Shown in pieces: positions 51,246 through 64,000 of a stretch of DNA of 64,000 bases (positions within the stretch are counted from its first letter, which is position 1; every line of letters starts with the position of its first letter). Under the pieces are notes generated by a model. That model saw only the letters and a list, made by a program, of their open reading frames with translations, made no database searches and was not told the origin of the DNA. The stretch is taken from contig CM069133.1 of assembly GCA_035221665.1 (NCBI GenBank), forward strand, positions 10,354,001-10,418,000, given 5' to 3'. The position numbers and the translations under genes are program-made. This stretch comes from Okamejei kenojei (taxonomy: Eukaryota).

Positions 51246-52415
51246 GTAAAATCCACTGACTGTCAAACTAAGTAATTGCCTCATAAAACAAGGTCAGTAT
51301 TGTGCTCCTTATAACCATCTGGTACATTACTTGGATTTAGCACATTAAGGGTGCAGTTTGTGTTCCTTATTAAACACAGAAAAGAATTGTGTACCTTTTG
51401 ATTATAAAGAGAAGTAAAAAGCATTTACTGAGACCAGAACGTGCTACGTTTATGGCCCTTTATTGGCAAGCTTTGGAAGGTTTCATTTGCAGAAAAGCCC
51501 CGGTGAAAGGCCAAGGCTCTCAATGTAGAACACTGCCAAGGTTGCACAGAAAGAAGAACAGATAAATAATGACACAAAAATTAGAAAGAATGTGGGAAGC
51601 ACTCAGCAATAAGTGCACATATCAAGCGTTCACCTTTTATGAAAACTGGGAAATATTAAAAGGTTACAATTTAAAAGGTATCACAACAAGAGAAGGGGTA
51701 AGATACTGAAAAAACAACAAAAATACTCCATAAGACTCAAACAAAGAACAACTGAAAGAAGAGGTGATGTAGACACAGGGCAGTTGAAGACACAATGAGG
51801 GAAATCAAAGAAACAAAATAAATGTGTAAAAACAATGTAAATAGCTAAAAAAGCTAAAACGTTCAAAAGAAAGCTTGAAACAATGGCAAGTGTAGGAGTC
51901 TCTGTTGGCACAGGACTCTTATAGAAGAAGCAATCGTCCAGGTCCACTTTGACAACAGTGTTCAAATAGGGGAACTATTGCACCCAGAATGATTCCTTAC
52001 TCATGGTAACCTAATTACTGCTTCCCTCTATGCCAGGAAAAATAATGTTCTGTTAATTTAACAGATTCATGATTCATTCATGCACATAACACCGTACTAC
52101 TCATTTCTGATGCAGAAGTTGTCGTGATTATCAGTGGAAAGTAATTGAAGACCAATATGAAACGACCAACAAAACCAATGATTTTGTTTTGGCTCAGCTA
52201 GAATGGTTCATGTAGCCACCAGAGTTGGATTTGATTCATGAAAGTATTGTACTTTGGCCATAAAAGATCTGTTTATTTTCAGCAGAAACAGTGGCACTGA
52301 GTAAACCTAGTACTCAAAAACAGTTATTGAAAAGCCTCATGCTGCCCAGAGAGGCAAACCATTGTTCAGTTTATCAGCCTTCACATGCCTGCCAGTTATC
52401 AGTGGGCACAGACTT

Positions 52416-52432
52416 TGCTGCCCTCTAGTGCT
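52416..52432 (-). promoter_or_regulatory. Candidate CTCF site
   Basis: Minus strand AGCACTAGAGGGCAGCA, one mismatch from the CCACTAGAGGGCAG core. Confidence 0.45.
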
Positions 52433-53010
52433 CCCATCGTTTTCAACAGGGATATATATTCTGTTCTTGAATAATAAATTGATGAGATAGGAGGCATTAA
52501 AATCCCCAGAAGAATTTAAAATATGGTTTTTCTTGAACAGTGAAGTGTGAAACTCTGCACCTTTTTGCTTTGTTAATACAAGAATCATTATTGTTTTTAA
52601 TGGAAATATATGGCTCTTAAATTCCAAATAAGTGTTCATGGCTCTCCCAAAGGCTTTAGAAGAAAGTCATATGACAAAAAAATCATAAGGTTAACAAATA
52701 CAAGACATTAGCTACATATGTACAAAGACTATGCATACAAATGTTTGTACATACATATACCTTGCACATCAAAAAATAACAAATTGCCTCATATCAGAGC
52801 AAGATTTCCTCAGTGTACTGTGTTTTGCAAAAGTATAACCCCCTTTTAATTGGAACAGACTGTTGCTCACAATACACAAAGGAAATCGTCCCCATGTTGA
52901 TTGTGGTTTTATATTATGTGTTTTTCTAATCATGAGTTTTAGCCTGGGTCTACTGTAAAATATGTTTTCCTGTTATTGTTCGTAATCAGATCCCATGCAT
53001 TCAATTTTAG

Positions 53011-53061
53011 GTGGCCTCTTGGGTGGGGACCTCACAACAACTGGTGCAGGCACCAGTGCAG
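53011..53061 (+). CDS. MEF2C: MEF2C short coding exon (G-GLLGGDLTTTGAGTSA-G)
   Basis: aattttag|GTGGC ... GCAG|gtacgt; 51 nt, phase 1-1, in frame with the previous exon; matches MEF2C GGLMGGDLTSGAGTSAG. Confidence 0.93.
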
Positions 53062-53337
53062 GTACGTTAAATTGTCCAACATTTAGATAATCTGAAATTG
53101 TGACATCTTTATTTGTGCATGGATTTTTGTAACAAAATATGTGATGTTAAGAAATGTTGTTTTATTCATTCAAGGTATATGTTATTTATTGTGCAACCCT
53201 GATTATCCTTGAATTGTGGAGATAGCTCAAAGAAAATTACAGATCAACTCGCATATATAAGCAGACCTAGTAATGATAGCAGATTTCCTACACATAAGGA
53301 GAATTAGTCGACAGATGGAGTCTTACAAAAATCTGGT

Positions 53338-53932
53338 TTGAGTTTAGTTTGTCACCTGTTCCAAGGTACAGTGAAAAACTTTTGTTGTGTGCTAACCAGT
53401 CAGCGGAAAGACAATATAGAATTTAGCAGCAAAAATATGGAATTTAGAAGGATGAGAGGGAATCTATAAGAAGCATAACATTCTTAAAGGATTAGACAGG
53501 CTTTCCAATGTTGGGGGAGTCCAGAAAAATGTTCCCGATGTTGTGGGAGTCCAGAACCAGGGGTCACAGTTTAAGAATAAGGGGTTAGCCATTTAGGACT
53601 GAGATGAGGAAAAGGCTTTTCACCCAGAGAGTTGTGAATCTGTGCAATTCACTGCCACAGAAGGCAGTGGAGGCCAATTCACTGGATGTTTTCAAGAGAG
53701 AGCTAGATTTAGCTCTTGTGGAAAGGAATCAAGGGATATGGGGGGAAAAGCGGTAACGGGGTACTAATTTTAAATGATGAGCCATGATCATATTAAATGG
53801 CGATGCTGCCTCGAAGGGCCAAAAGGCCTACACCTGCACCTATTTTTCTATGTTTCTGTTACATGATTACTATCAAGCCATCCACAGTGTACAGATACAT
53901 GATAAAGGGATACTGTGAATAACGTTTAGTAA
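53338..53932. mobile_element. CR1 3' fragment (+, ~53436-53860) inserted in a minus-strand LINE 3' tail
   Basis: ggtacagtgaaaaacttttg...gaaagacaata| resumes |catgattactatcaagcca around the CR1 copy. Confidence 0.75.
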
Positions 53933-54333
53933 TTCGAGATTACTGTTACTGAAATTAGCTTTTTTTAAAAAAATGTCATTACTTAATTTTAAATTCCTCA
54001 GTTCTCATGGTCAGACTTGGAAGCTAATTCGGTAATTTAAATAGCTCCCAACCCCATGCTTCAGGTTACTGATATGTTTACAGCAGGATAGAAATGCACA
54101 GCACCGTAAAGTAGTAGTTTGGCAAAAATTCAACTCTCTTACATTACTGATCTCAATACATGCTGATGGAAGCTATTGAATAATTTATTTTTCGATGCAG
54201 TCAGATGCCGTTGATTTCTAATGAGACATAGTCTCTTAAATTGAAAAAGAAAATCTGTTTTGATGGAACACTCTGGAAATATCCTCACTTACTCAAGAAA
54301 GGAGGAAGACAGAAAGCAGAGAATTATATTTAA

Positions 54334-54663
54334 TATCCCTGTCCCACGGTACGAGTTAATTCCAAGAGCTCTCCTGAGTTTGCCCTGATTCGAACTCGGA
54401 GATTTACGGTAATGGCCACTCGTTGGTACTCGGGGCTCTCGTGGACATTTTTCAACATGTTGAAAGATCTTCACGAGTCTTCCCGTGCTTAACTGCCGTT
54501 AGCGAGTCTTCCCGAGTACCTGCCGTTAGCGTAACGAGCCACTAAGAGACGTCCCCGAGCTTCGACGTACCCGCTACGTTCTTTCTCCGTGCTTACCACG
54601 AGTTTGATTGTTTTTAAACTCGGGAGAGGTCTTGGAATGAACTCGTACCGTGGGACAGGGCTT
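54334..54663. mobile_element. MITE, Harbinger/PIF-like, family A relative
   Basis: CCCTGTCCCACGGTACGAGTT... / ...AACTCGTACCGTGGGACAGGG termini, flanked by TAA/TCA; the subterminal sequence matches 1866-2165. Confidence 0.85.
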
Positions 54664-54689
54664 TCAGGTAGCCCAAAGTCAGCTTACAT

Positions 54690-55830
54690 CCTTCATTGGG
54701 AATATGCTGAAATCCATTTGTAAGGAGTTAATTGCAAAACATTTAGAAAATCATAAGACAATAAAGTTTTATGGAAGGGAAAATTGTGTCTCACAAATGT
54801 CCTTGTGTTTTCTGAGGATAGAACAAACAGGGTGAATGAAGAAAAGCCAGCAGATGTACTGTATTTTAATTTACAGAAGGCATTTGATGAGGTGCCACAT
54901 AAACGGTGACTACACAAAATAAGTAGATGGCGTTGGGGTTAGTACATCGGCATGGATATGTAATTGACTAACTAACGCAACAAAGAGTCAAGATATAGAT
55001 GACAATCAGTAGTTATTGTGGTGCCGCAAGCATTAGTTTTCTGTCCCAAGTATTTATAATCTGTATTATTGAATCGGTTGAAGGGATTTAAGTAGCCAAG
55101 TTTGCTGTGAAAGCAAGATGGGTGAATTCACAGGTTGTGAGAAGGACTCAACGAACCTGTGAGAGAGAGAGTACTGAGGCAAAATGTTGGCAGCTGTCGT
55201 CTAATGTGAGAAAATATGAGCTTATCCACTTAGGAAGGAAGAACGAAAAATAAAATTATTACTTAAACATAATGAGATTACAAATTGGCTGGTACAAAAT
55301 GTAACGCAAAGGTTGGCAAGGAGGCACAGCTCATAATTAGGAATACTGATAGAATATTGGCCTTTATTATAAAGCATACGGAGTGTAAAAATGGATACGT
55401 TTTGATGAGGCTGCTTCCCGAGATGGTGCAGTTCAGGTCTCCATATTTATGAAAGAATATACTTCCTTGGGAAGCTGTACATAAAATGTTCACTATTTAT
55501 TCCTGGAATCAATGAGGTAATGTATGAAGAGAGGTTTAATAGATTGGGTATTGAGGTTTGGGAGGATGAGAGATGATCTTCATGATTTGTAAAATTCTAG
55601 AGGATCGACAAGGTGGATGCTTAGAAAATGTTTAGTAGAGATAACTAGAAATAGGAAGCGTTTTTCAGAGCAAGGGGTCAACCTTTTAGGACAGAAACAA
55701 GGAGGAATTTCTTCTCTCAGAAGTTTGTAACACTTTGGACTTCTGTATCCCAGAAAGCTTTGGGCATGAAGATACGATGAAAGAGCCAGAATGTGCTTTT
55801 AAAGCCAAGATTGGATCAGGCATCATATTA
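54690..55830 (+). mobile_element. Old CR1 LINE ORF2 remnant
   Basis: LYFNLQKAFDEVPH, AKFA and FFSQK remnants; heavily degraded. Confidence 0.75.
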
Positions 55831-56118
55831 ATTGAACGCACAGTCAGTCTCAATAAAACAGTTTGTTTATTCCTGCTTCTGTTATTACATTCTCAATTGT
55901 CTATGTGAGTTTATATGCTTTGACCATCTGACATCTCTACTTAAACGTCCAGAAAGTTAGGTGAAAGTGTGTGATTTAGATATTTGCTTTGAGACTAGAT
56001 GTGCCATGTGTGTTTGGATAACCAAAATGGAGAAAGGTTGTTGAGGGTGTAAAAATGCAACACAAGTACTCTTAGTTAATGCAAGTTTCATGTGAATGAA
56101 ATTGAGGTTTTCAGAAGA

Positions 56119-56219
56119 TAGACAAAAAATGCTGGAGTAACTCAGCGGGACAGGCAGCATTTTTGGAGAGAAGGAATGGGTGTTGTTTCGAGTCGAGACC
56201 CTTCTTCCGACTGAAGAAG
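56119..56219 (-). mobile_element. Penelope-type short repeat with degenerate hammerhead core and the start of an inverted arm
   Basis: ...gtttcgagtcgagacccttcttccgactgaagaag. Confidence 0.6.
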
Positions 56220-58101
56220 TTTTCAGTTTTCAGAATGGTTTTCAGATCCTTTTCCACAAAGAAAAGCTGCACATTATTGAGCTGTGTGTCAGACAGCGTC
56301 TGTTAATGTGGTGGTGTTTTCTTGTCTTTACTGCAGACATTCATATGTATTGTCTACCTCTCTTCAAAATAGATTGTAAAAAGATCCATAGAAATAAATT
56401 ATGAACATCAGCCAATAAAAACAATAGGCTAATAAGAGTGTTTTGTTAACAAATATTGGCATGTTGCATTTTTAGCTCATTTTACATTTATGGGTTAGAA
56501 ATGAAAGCTATGTCAGCCTTGGTTATTTGGCAATGCTTTTGCATTGAAGATATTTACAATGCAACAAGGTGCAGATAAACTTTTGTTTTGTCCCATCAAA
56601 AGCCACCATCTGAAATAATAAAATGTTTTCTTTGGGTATAAACTGCAATAATCCTGAAAAAATTGTGATTTTTCATGTGCTGCTCTCGTAAAACTTTATC
56701 ACCTTTCTGAATTATAAAGTGTTAACTTACCTTAAAATGTGGTCTTGACAGGATAGACATATGCATGTACATTCAGTGTTTTTAAATCGTATTCTTTGCC
56801 TGATGTATCAAGGACACATTAAATGTGTTTGTGTGTGGGGTGGCAAGGGGGGTGGCGTCGGGGGAGAATTCATCACGGGACGTAAATGTCTGCCATGATG
56901 TCACGTCCAGAGAATGTAAGTATTTGAACTAGCCTTAAGTCCATGATTTCCAGTGAGAGAGATGAAAAGTCTTCTTTGTTCTTCATTTGTTTTTCAAAAC
57001 AGAAGACTCTGTGTGGTTGTTATTACTTAGCTTTAAAATTCCATAACAAGCAAAGTCACATGAAATGATCTTTTGAGCAATATATTTTGTCTCTGTTAAA
57101 GGCATTTTGGAAACATTTCGTTCTCCAGTTAAGAATAAAATCCAACTTAATATATTGTTGTTAATGCCTGCTGTATGCTAGCAGGCTGCATTGATGGAAC
57201 CATTTCCTTTGGCAAAACATAACCTTGGAAAGTATGCTCTTTTCATTTACTGGCGTCTTTCATGCTACATCTGATCCTGGTGCATTGATTTTAGAAAGGA
57301 AAAACCTTTTCATGGCTCCTGTAAGCTTTTTATTCAGGAAATCAGTTAACATCTATTTGTCCTTTTGAAGTAATTAAAAAGTATTACAGTACTTGGCGCT
57401 AGATTTGCTTTTTATGGTCTTTATTATAATCACATAACACATGAACCAATTTAAATCTATCAGTGGCAAATAAACGTATGGCAAAGAAATATTGCACTTC
57501 TAGCATTGTTTCTACAAGATTAACTAAACAAATAGTAACATAATATGCTGGACATACTCAGCACATTAGGCAGCAACTGCACAGTAAGAGTTATCATTTC
57601 AGATTAATGATCCTTCTTAAGAACTGGCAAAAAGAAGTTTGAAAACTGGCATGTTTAAACTTGCAGGAAGGGAGGATCAATTAACAAAGAGAATGTCTGT
57701 GGTGGAGTGAAGACTGAGATGATGGGTGATGAAGAGTATTATTTTTTGGATCATCTCCCACCAGATTCATACCTCCACCTGACCAGTCACCAATCGACCT
57801 GAGCCTGTTGCCCACACTCTTCGACTCCCACTAGTCTACTCTAAGCATCAACCATTGCCACTTCCACTTAGCTCACCAATTCAACTAAGGTTACTCACCC
57901 AATTTCCTGGGTGTAAATGTTAGCAACAATTTGTCGTAGACCAACCGCATTGATACCATGACGAAAAAAATGCACATGCACACATCCACTTCCACCGAAG
58001 GCTAAGGTAAATGTCCATGTTTCCATTGACTCTTAATGACAAAGGTACCAACTTATCTGAATGCATCACAGCCCAATCTATCAACTAAACCAGCTTCCCC
58101 T

Positions 58102-58879
58102 GTCAAGTCAAGTCAAAGTATCCTTTATTGTCATTCAGACCTATCGGTCTGAACGAAATTTCGTTGCCTTGCAGTCATACATATAATAAAAAACAAAACA
58201 CACAATAAACACATATTTAACATCCACCACAGTGAGTTCACCAGGCACCTCCTCATTGTGGTGGAAGGCAAAAGTCTTAAAGTCTTTGTCGTCTTCCCTC
58301 TGCGCTGAGGCGATCCAGGCCTCCGATGTTGTCGTCCACTAGGCCCGCGGCCGAGCCTCCGAAGCCGGACTGCCGTCGCGGGAACGCTGGAGCACCACAG
58401 CTCTGAAGCCGGGTCGCCACTGGAACGCTGGAGCACCACAGCTCTGAAGCCGGGTCACCGCTGGAACGCCACCGCTGGAACACTGGAGCACCACAGCTCT
58501 GAAGCCGGGTCGCCGCTGGAGCACCACAGCTCTGAAGCCGGGTCTGCCGCTGGAACGCTGGAGCACAACAGCTCTGAAGCCAGGCCGCCGCTGGAATACT
58601 GAAACGCCGCCACAGCTCCGAGGCCGCCAGCTCTGCCATTAGGCCTCAGCACAGACGGAGACGGTGACGGGGGACACAACAAGAAAAGTCGCACCCCCAG
58701 AAGGGAGAGACTAAAACCTTGTTTCTCCCACCCACCCTCCCCCTCCCCTCCCCCACACATACACAGCCTAATAAACTAAAATTTAACTAAAACAGACACA
58801 AGAAAACAAAAAGAAAATAAAAAAAAACAGACGGACTGCAGGTGAGCCGCAGTTGCCAGGCAGCGCTGCCACTTTCGGA
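58102..58879 (-). mobile_element. Longer copy of the GC-rich non-autonomous retroposon, with an internal minisatellite (58380-58625)
   Basis: (TTGAC)3 tail, same stem with a GATA loop, 3' region shared with 27651-28103; repeat unit ggaacgctggagcaccacagctctgaagccgggtc. Confidence 0.8.
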
Positions 58880-61800
58880 ATGTGGAACACTAATCCTTGC
58901 AATAGTTACTGATTGTCATTTTTATCTTGACTCTTAGTTCGCCAATTTCCCCATCAATGCCAATGTATGCAGAGGAAAGGCCGCAAAAGTAAAAGGTTGT
59001 TCAGTAGTACAATTCCACATGTGCACATTTAGAGGCACTATACTAATTTGAGGATATACTCCTATTGTCCGAGAATAAATATTACCTTGACATTAGGACT
59101 TGACTGTTCAGGGATGGCATTTGGAAGCATTTCATCACACAGTTGTGAGGTAAGTGTGTTGTAGCACACTTGTAAAGATATCTTGATCTTGTATCAGACG
59201 CAATGTGATTTCAGATCGTCTTTCTTTCTTCTCTATCTCTATCTTTCCCAGTATCCTGTGCAACAGAACTGCTTCACTCTAAACTCTGATGTAGTACTCC
59301 TATTCTGCCAGAGTATAATTGTCCTTTTTCTCGCAAATGCTATCCTTTAGCTAAATGACTCGTTAATCAGTTGATATGTGTTGTTGACTGTGGAAAGAAT
59401 GCTGGCCAGCTATTTCAGTTGAATGAAAGAATCTGGGCATCTACCTGAACTATTGTAACAAGCCAATAAAGCTTTTATTTAATATTTCATCTGATTGACT
59501 TGCATGCATGTTCATTTAAAGATGTTTCAAAGCATATTACTATCAATTAAGTAATTAAAAAATTGGCTATGAACATAATTTGAGAAAAATGGCAGTCTTA
59601 GCATTATGATTATTATTGGACATTCTATTTAATGATATTGAGAGAATGATAAATTCCAGCCAGAGCGCTGGATTAAGATCCCTGTTGCCTTTGGGATAGC
59701 TGATTTGGGATCATTTGTATCCTGTCATAGAAAATGTGATCTATCTTTAATGTCCCAACAAAATATGGTACTTCCAATAGGGTGGCATCTGTGATCTGAT
59801 TTGTGGAATGACTGATGAGTAGGTCGCAGCTAATGAGACTAAATTATTATTATTATTTTTTCAATATCTAACGTAAGAAGCAAGGGAAAGTCCTAGAGAA
59901 CATTTTGGAAATAGGAGGAGAAGCAGAAAGACAAGCCGTGCTAACATTTGAAGTTGATAATATTTAACTGGAGCATTCTTTGATATAATTTATGCAACGT
60001 TCTTGCGTATATTCAAATAATAGAGAGATTTACTGTAAAGTCATGGGAATAAAAGCCAGTTATTGATTTAAAAACTGAGCAGTTGAAGACCAAGAATGAG
60101 GATAATGAATGAACTCTCAAATAGTAAGGACAATGCCCCAAAGAGATCTGCCACTTTAATAATCCATTAGTTAGCTTGCACATAAGAAAAATAATGAAAT
60201 GCTAAACATAAAACAGAAAATGCTGGAAAAATATTATTGTTCTTTCAGAACAGGAGAGTTAATAATAAATTCATTCTAGGTGATGAAGGACAGGAGTGAA
60301 GGGGGAGCAATGACGCTTTTGATAGAGTAGAAAGCATATTATATATATGACCATAAGAGTTTGAAATGCAGAGAAAGCAGTTGGCAATGGGACAAGTACA
60401 AAAACAAATATCGGTCTAAATGAAGACACAGAATCATCTGAAATGTCAAAAGGAAATACTGTGGATGCCGGAAATCTGAATTAAAAACTGAAAATGCAGA
60501 TTGCATGAAATTTTCAACTCTGCCTTGAATGCAGTAGTCTGTTGCGTGCTTAGGCAGTGCTGATGTTTCACAATCTTATGCGGAATACAAGAGACAAGGA
60601 CATTGAAGTTAAAATGTAAGTCAAATGAAAAATTAAAGTGTACTAAATTTGCAAGTTGAATAATGACATAGTAGTTAATGGAACTGTTAGTAAGAAGAAT
60701 AAATGTTTATATAAAAGTACGGAGTTTGTGAGCATAGCATTACGAGAAGATATTTGAAAGATCAAATTAATGGACCAGGGCAATTTAGTGCCAAAGTTAG
60801 GTTTTTCCACCCAAGAGTGTTCAAGGATACAGAGCCAGGGAGCTAGAGTACCAATCTTTCTAAAATTCACGCACAAAATATCTCCCTTTTATCTTGCATG
60901 TGTCTGGTTTAAAAAAGGTCGGTATTTTGTTTTTATTACAGAGCATGATAATCCTGGCAGAAGCAAATATTTTACTTGACATTGTTCTTCTGATATGGAT
61001 TACAGTTTTTGTGGATCTTCATGTCGCAGGCCCTTATTCATTTAAAATATAGTTACATCAAATGGCAATGGACTAGCAATTACTACAACCTCAGAATAGA
61101 ATGGTCAGAGAGTTCAGGACTCCCAACAGTTTTTGAACATCTCATTTTGGTTATTTTAATGCATTGTTTGGTGCCTAATTTGTTTGAATGCATATTTTGG
61201 GACAAAAATAACATAAAACTTGTTCCGTATGAAAGCATATTGTGCATGTGGCAGGGTGGAAACGGTTTCTAACTGCTGCTTTGCTTTAGTATATTTCTGA
61301 TTGAACTATCTCACTTTTTAAAATTTAGCTGAGTAATTGCAGGATGGTTACCTAGGAGAGGGAACTGATGTAGCAATTTATTCAAGCTGATGTTATATCT
61401 TGTGAGAGCAAAACCGGAGAACATTAATCTGTTCTATTCACACACAGGGAATAGGTTAGTCTCTTTGGTTTGCTTATTTTCCAGATTGAGTTTTGTATTC
61501 TAATTTTAAAGAAAAATTGGTCATGAAAATCAAAATTACTGCAGATGCTGGAATGTTAAAATAAAAATGGAAAATGCTGGAAACACACAGCAGATCAAAC
61601 AGATATGATTTTAATAAGGTAAAAAGATTACAACATTTTCTTTCAATCTCACCCAGATCCGATGAAGTGCCTCTAACATGAAACATTAGCACTGTTTCTC
61701 TTTCCAGAGATGCTATCTGGCCAGCTGATGTTATATATGCATTAAAATCCAATGTATTTTCTGAACTTTTGTCTAGGGTGAGCATTGTGATGGAGTTGAG

Positions 61801-62969
61801 GCTGCAGACTGGACAAAGGGTTTTAAAACTGATTTAGCTTGAAGGTATCCATTTAATGAAAACAAGTTTATCTGGTACCAGAATGATGTACTGAGTTGTC
61901 AGGAAATAATTGCAAGCTATTTTTCAATAAACTTAATTAATGTGATTATATCTGTACATTTCTCAGCATATATGCTGATTAGTTTTAGAATTCCTGCAGA
62001 AGTCTCAAATTTATTGGCATTCATTGTCTGCATTAGTGAATCATTTTGTAGGTCGTAAGCTCATTGATTTCAATAAATTTGTGGCAGTGGGGAAGGTTGG
62101 CACAGAAGCAATTGGGTAGGCCGGCATCATGTTTGAAGGTGGAGTGAAATCAAGGATGGAAGCTTACATCAAACTAGAGCTACAGGAGAAATCTCCACTT
62201 ACCTGCAGTTTTGTGTTGTAGGTTTCAGGTTGTGTTGTGCCAAGAATGTCCAAGGATTGGCATCTCGAGCGCAGCATGGACCTTGTTTGCCTGGAATTTA
62301 CCTAAACAAATGTTGAGAAAGGAATGATGCCAACCTGTGTAGCCTTGACTTGGAAATGGAATTGCGATTGGAATCGCAAGTTTACAGGATGATAGGATGT
62401 GCTTGTCAAACTTCACTGTTGCTGACATTCAACTTGGAAGTAGTAATAAGCAGTTTTTTTTTGTTCCAAGTTAAATTGCTTTTAAATGCATAGTGATTGT
62501 GGAAACACTACTATATATCCAATTGCAAGATGCTTTTCTCCTTATTATGCTACTGAGTGCATTGCCAACTGTCTTCACATTAAAACCGTTGCCAACCAAT
62601 CTATCTGGAGGTGAAAATTGACATTCTTACATGGATTTATGTTATCCAGAAATAATTGCTGCTGGTGATTTGTTTAAAAAAATTACTCAAACTTTTTTCT
62701 CAATGCAGCTCTTTGATTTCTGTGCTGAGAATTAACATTGAATTGAATATTACAACTGCGGTGCTCCACAAGGTTTCTTTGATCTGATCATTTAGATAAT
62801 ACAGTTTTTTGCCCTATTTACAACGGTCTGAGGTATCCTGCAAATTATGTCTTTCTAAATATGTAAATTCCATTGGAAGATTTCACTGACATATTGCACT
62901 TAATCCAAATGAAATAGTTTTTGCCGTTCATTTGACACTCAGTCCAAAATTTTAGGATTATTGTCAATT

Positions 62970-63317
62970 GTAGCAGGATACAGTGAAAAGCTTTGTTTTG
63001 CATGCTATATAATAGATCAGATCATATAATACTATACATAAAAACAATCAAGTCAAACTCAAGTACAATAGATAGAGCAAAGGGGAAGATAAAGAGTGCA
63101 GAACATAGTTCTCAGCATTATAGCGGTTTGGTTCCATAGACTATCTCATTTCCACAGTGGGGTAGAGGTGATTCGGACTCGTATCTTTTGGAAGGACTGT
63201 TCAGAAGCCTATTAACAGAGAGGAAGAAAATGGTGCTGAGTTTGGTGATGCATGCTTTCAAACATCTGAATCTTCTGCCTGATGGGAGCAGAAGAGAAAA
63301 GGAATGGCCAGCGTGGG
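62970..63317 (-). mobile_element. Rex1/Babar-like LINE 3' end
   Basis: HAGHSFSLLLPSGRRFRCLKACITKL and the cagtgaaaagctttg 3'UTR. Confidence 0.7.
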
Positions 63318-64000
63318 ACATAGAAACATAGAAAATAGGTGCAGGAGTAGGCCATTCGGCCCTTTGAGCCTGCACCACCATTCAATATGATCATGACTGA
63401 TCATCCAACTCAGTATCCTGTACCTGCCTTCTCTCCATACCCCCTGATCCCTTTAGCCACAAGGGCCACATCTAACTCCTTCTTAAATATAGCCAATGAA
63501 CTGGCCTCAACTACCTTCTGTGCCAGAGAATTCCAGAGACTCACCACTCTCTGTGTGAAAAATGTTTTCCTCATCTCGGTCCTAAAGGAATTCCCCCTTA
63601 TCCTTAGAGTGTGACCCCTTGTTCTGGACCTCCCCAACATCGGGAACAATCTTCCTGCATCTAGCCTATCCAACCCCTTAAGAATTTTGTAAGTTTCTAT
63701 AAGATCCCCCCTCAGTCTTCTAAATTCTAGCGAGTATAAACCAAGTCTATCCAGTCTTTCCTCATATGAAAGTCCTGACTACCCAGGAATCAGCCTGGTG
63801 AACATTCTCTGTACCCCCTCAATGGCAAGAATGTCTTTTCTCAGATTTGGAGACCAAAACTGTACGCAATACTCCAGGTGTGGTCTCACCAAAACCCTGT
63901 ACAGCTGCAGTAGAACCTCCCTGCTCCAATACTCAAATCCTTTCGATATGAATGCTAACATTCCATTTGCTTTCTTCACTGCCTGCTGCACCTGCATGCC
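63318..64000 (-). mobile_element. Young CR1 LINE 3' portion, runs off the window
   Basis: ORFs 63779-63997 and 63410-63673; (catagaaa)n tail. Confidence 0.93.

Noticed and set aside
58380-58625. Regularly spaced repeats resembling a CRISPR array
   Set aside because: No unique spacers, no cas genes, vertebrate intron; it is a minisatellite inside a retroposon.
61250-61272. cag|GGTGGAAACGGTTTC resembling the next MEF2C exon (GNGYGN...)
   Set aside because: It reads GGNGF then stop and has no polypyrimidine tract; the real exon probably lies beyond the window.

Overview
Vertebrate, not prokaryotic, DNA. The window is the middle of a + strand MEF2C gene from a cartilaginous fish; the repeat content (HE1-type V-SINEs, HER1/CR1 LINEs, Deu-domain SINEs) suggests a ray or skate. 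Five coding exons can be read with canonical AG/GT boundaries: the MADS/MEF2 exon (9857-10060), the mutually exclusive alpha1 (39571-39714) and alpha2 (39771-39908) exons only 56 nt apart, and two downstream exons (51059-51245, 53011-53061). The ATG exon and the 3' exons were not found and probably lie outside the window. The rest is intron, holding CR1 and Rex1/Babar-like LINE fragments, SINEs, five Harbinger-like MITEs, Penelope-type repeats with degenerate hammerhead cores, a Helitron-like terminus, a GC-rich non-autonomous retroposon family and two assembly gaps. The best leads are a pair of perfect MEF2 sites 22 bp apart in the long intron (possible autoregulatory enhancer), the steric alpha1/alpha2 arrangement with an in-frame upstream acceptor, an inverted pair of young CR1 copies bracketing two exons, and the hammerhead-like and stem-loop repeat families. 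I see no evidence of a wholly new protein-coding system. Repeat family names come from recalled consensus features, not database searches, and most repeat boundaries are approximate.
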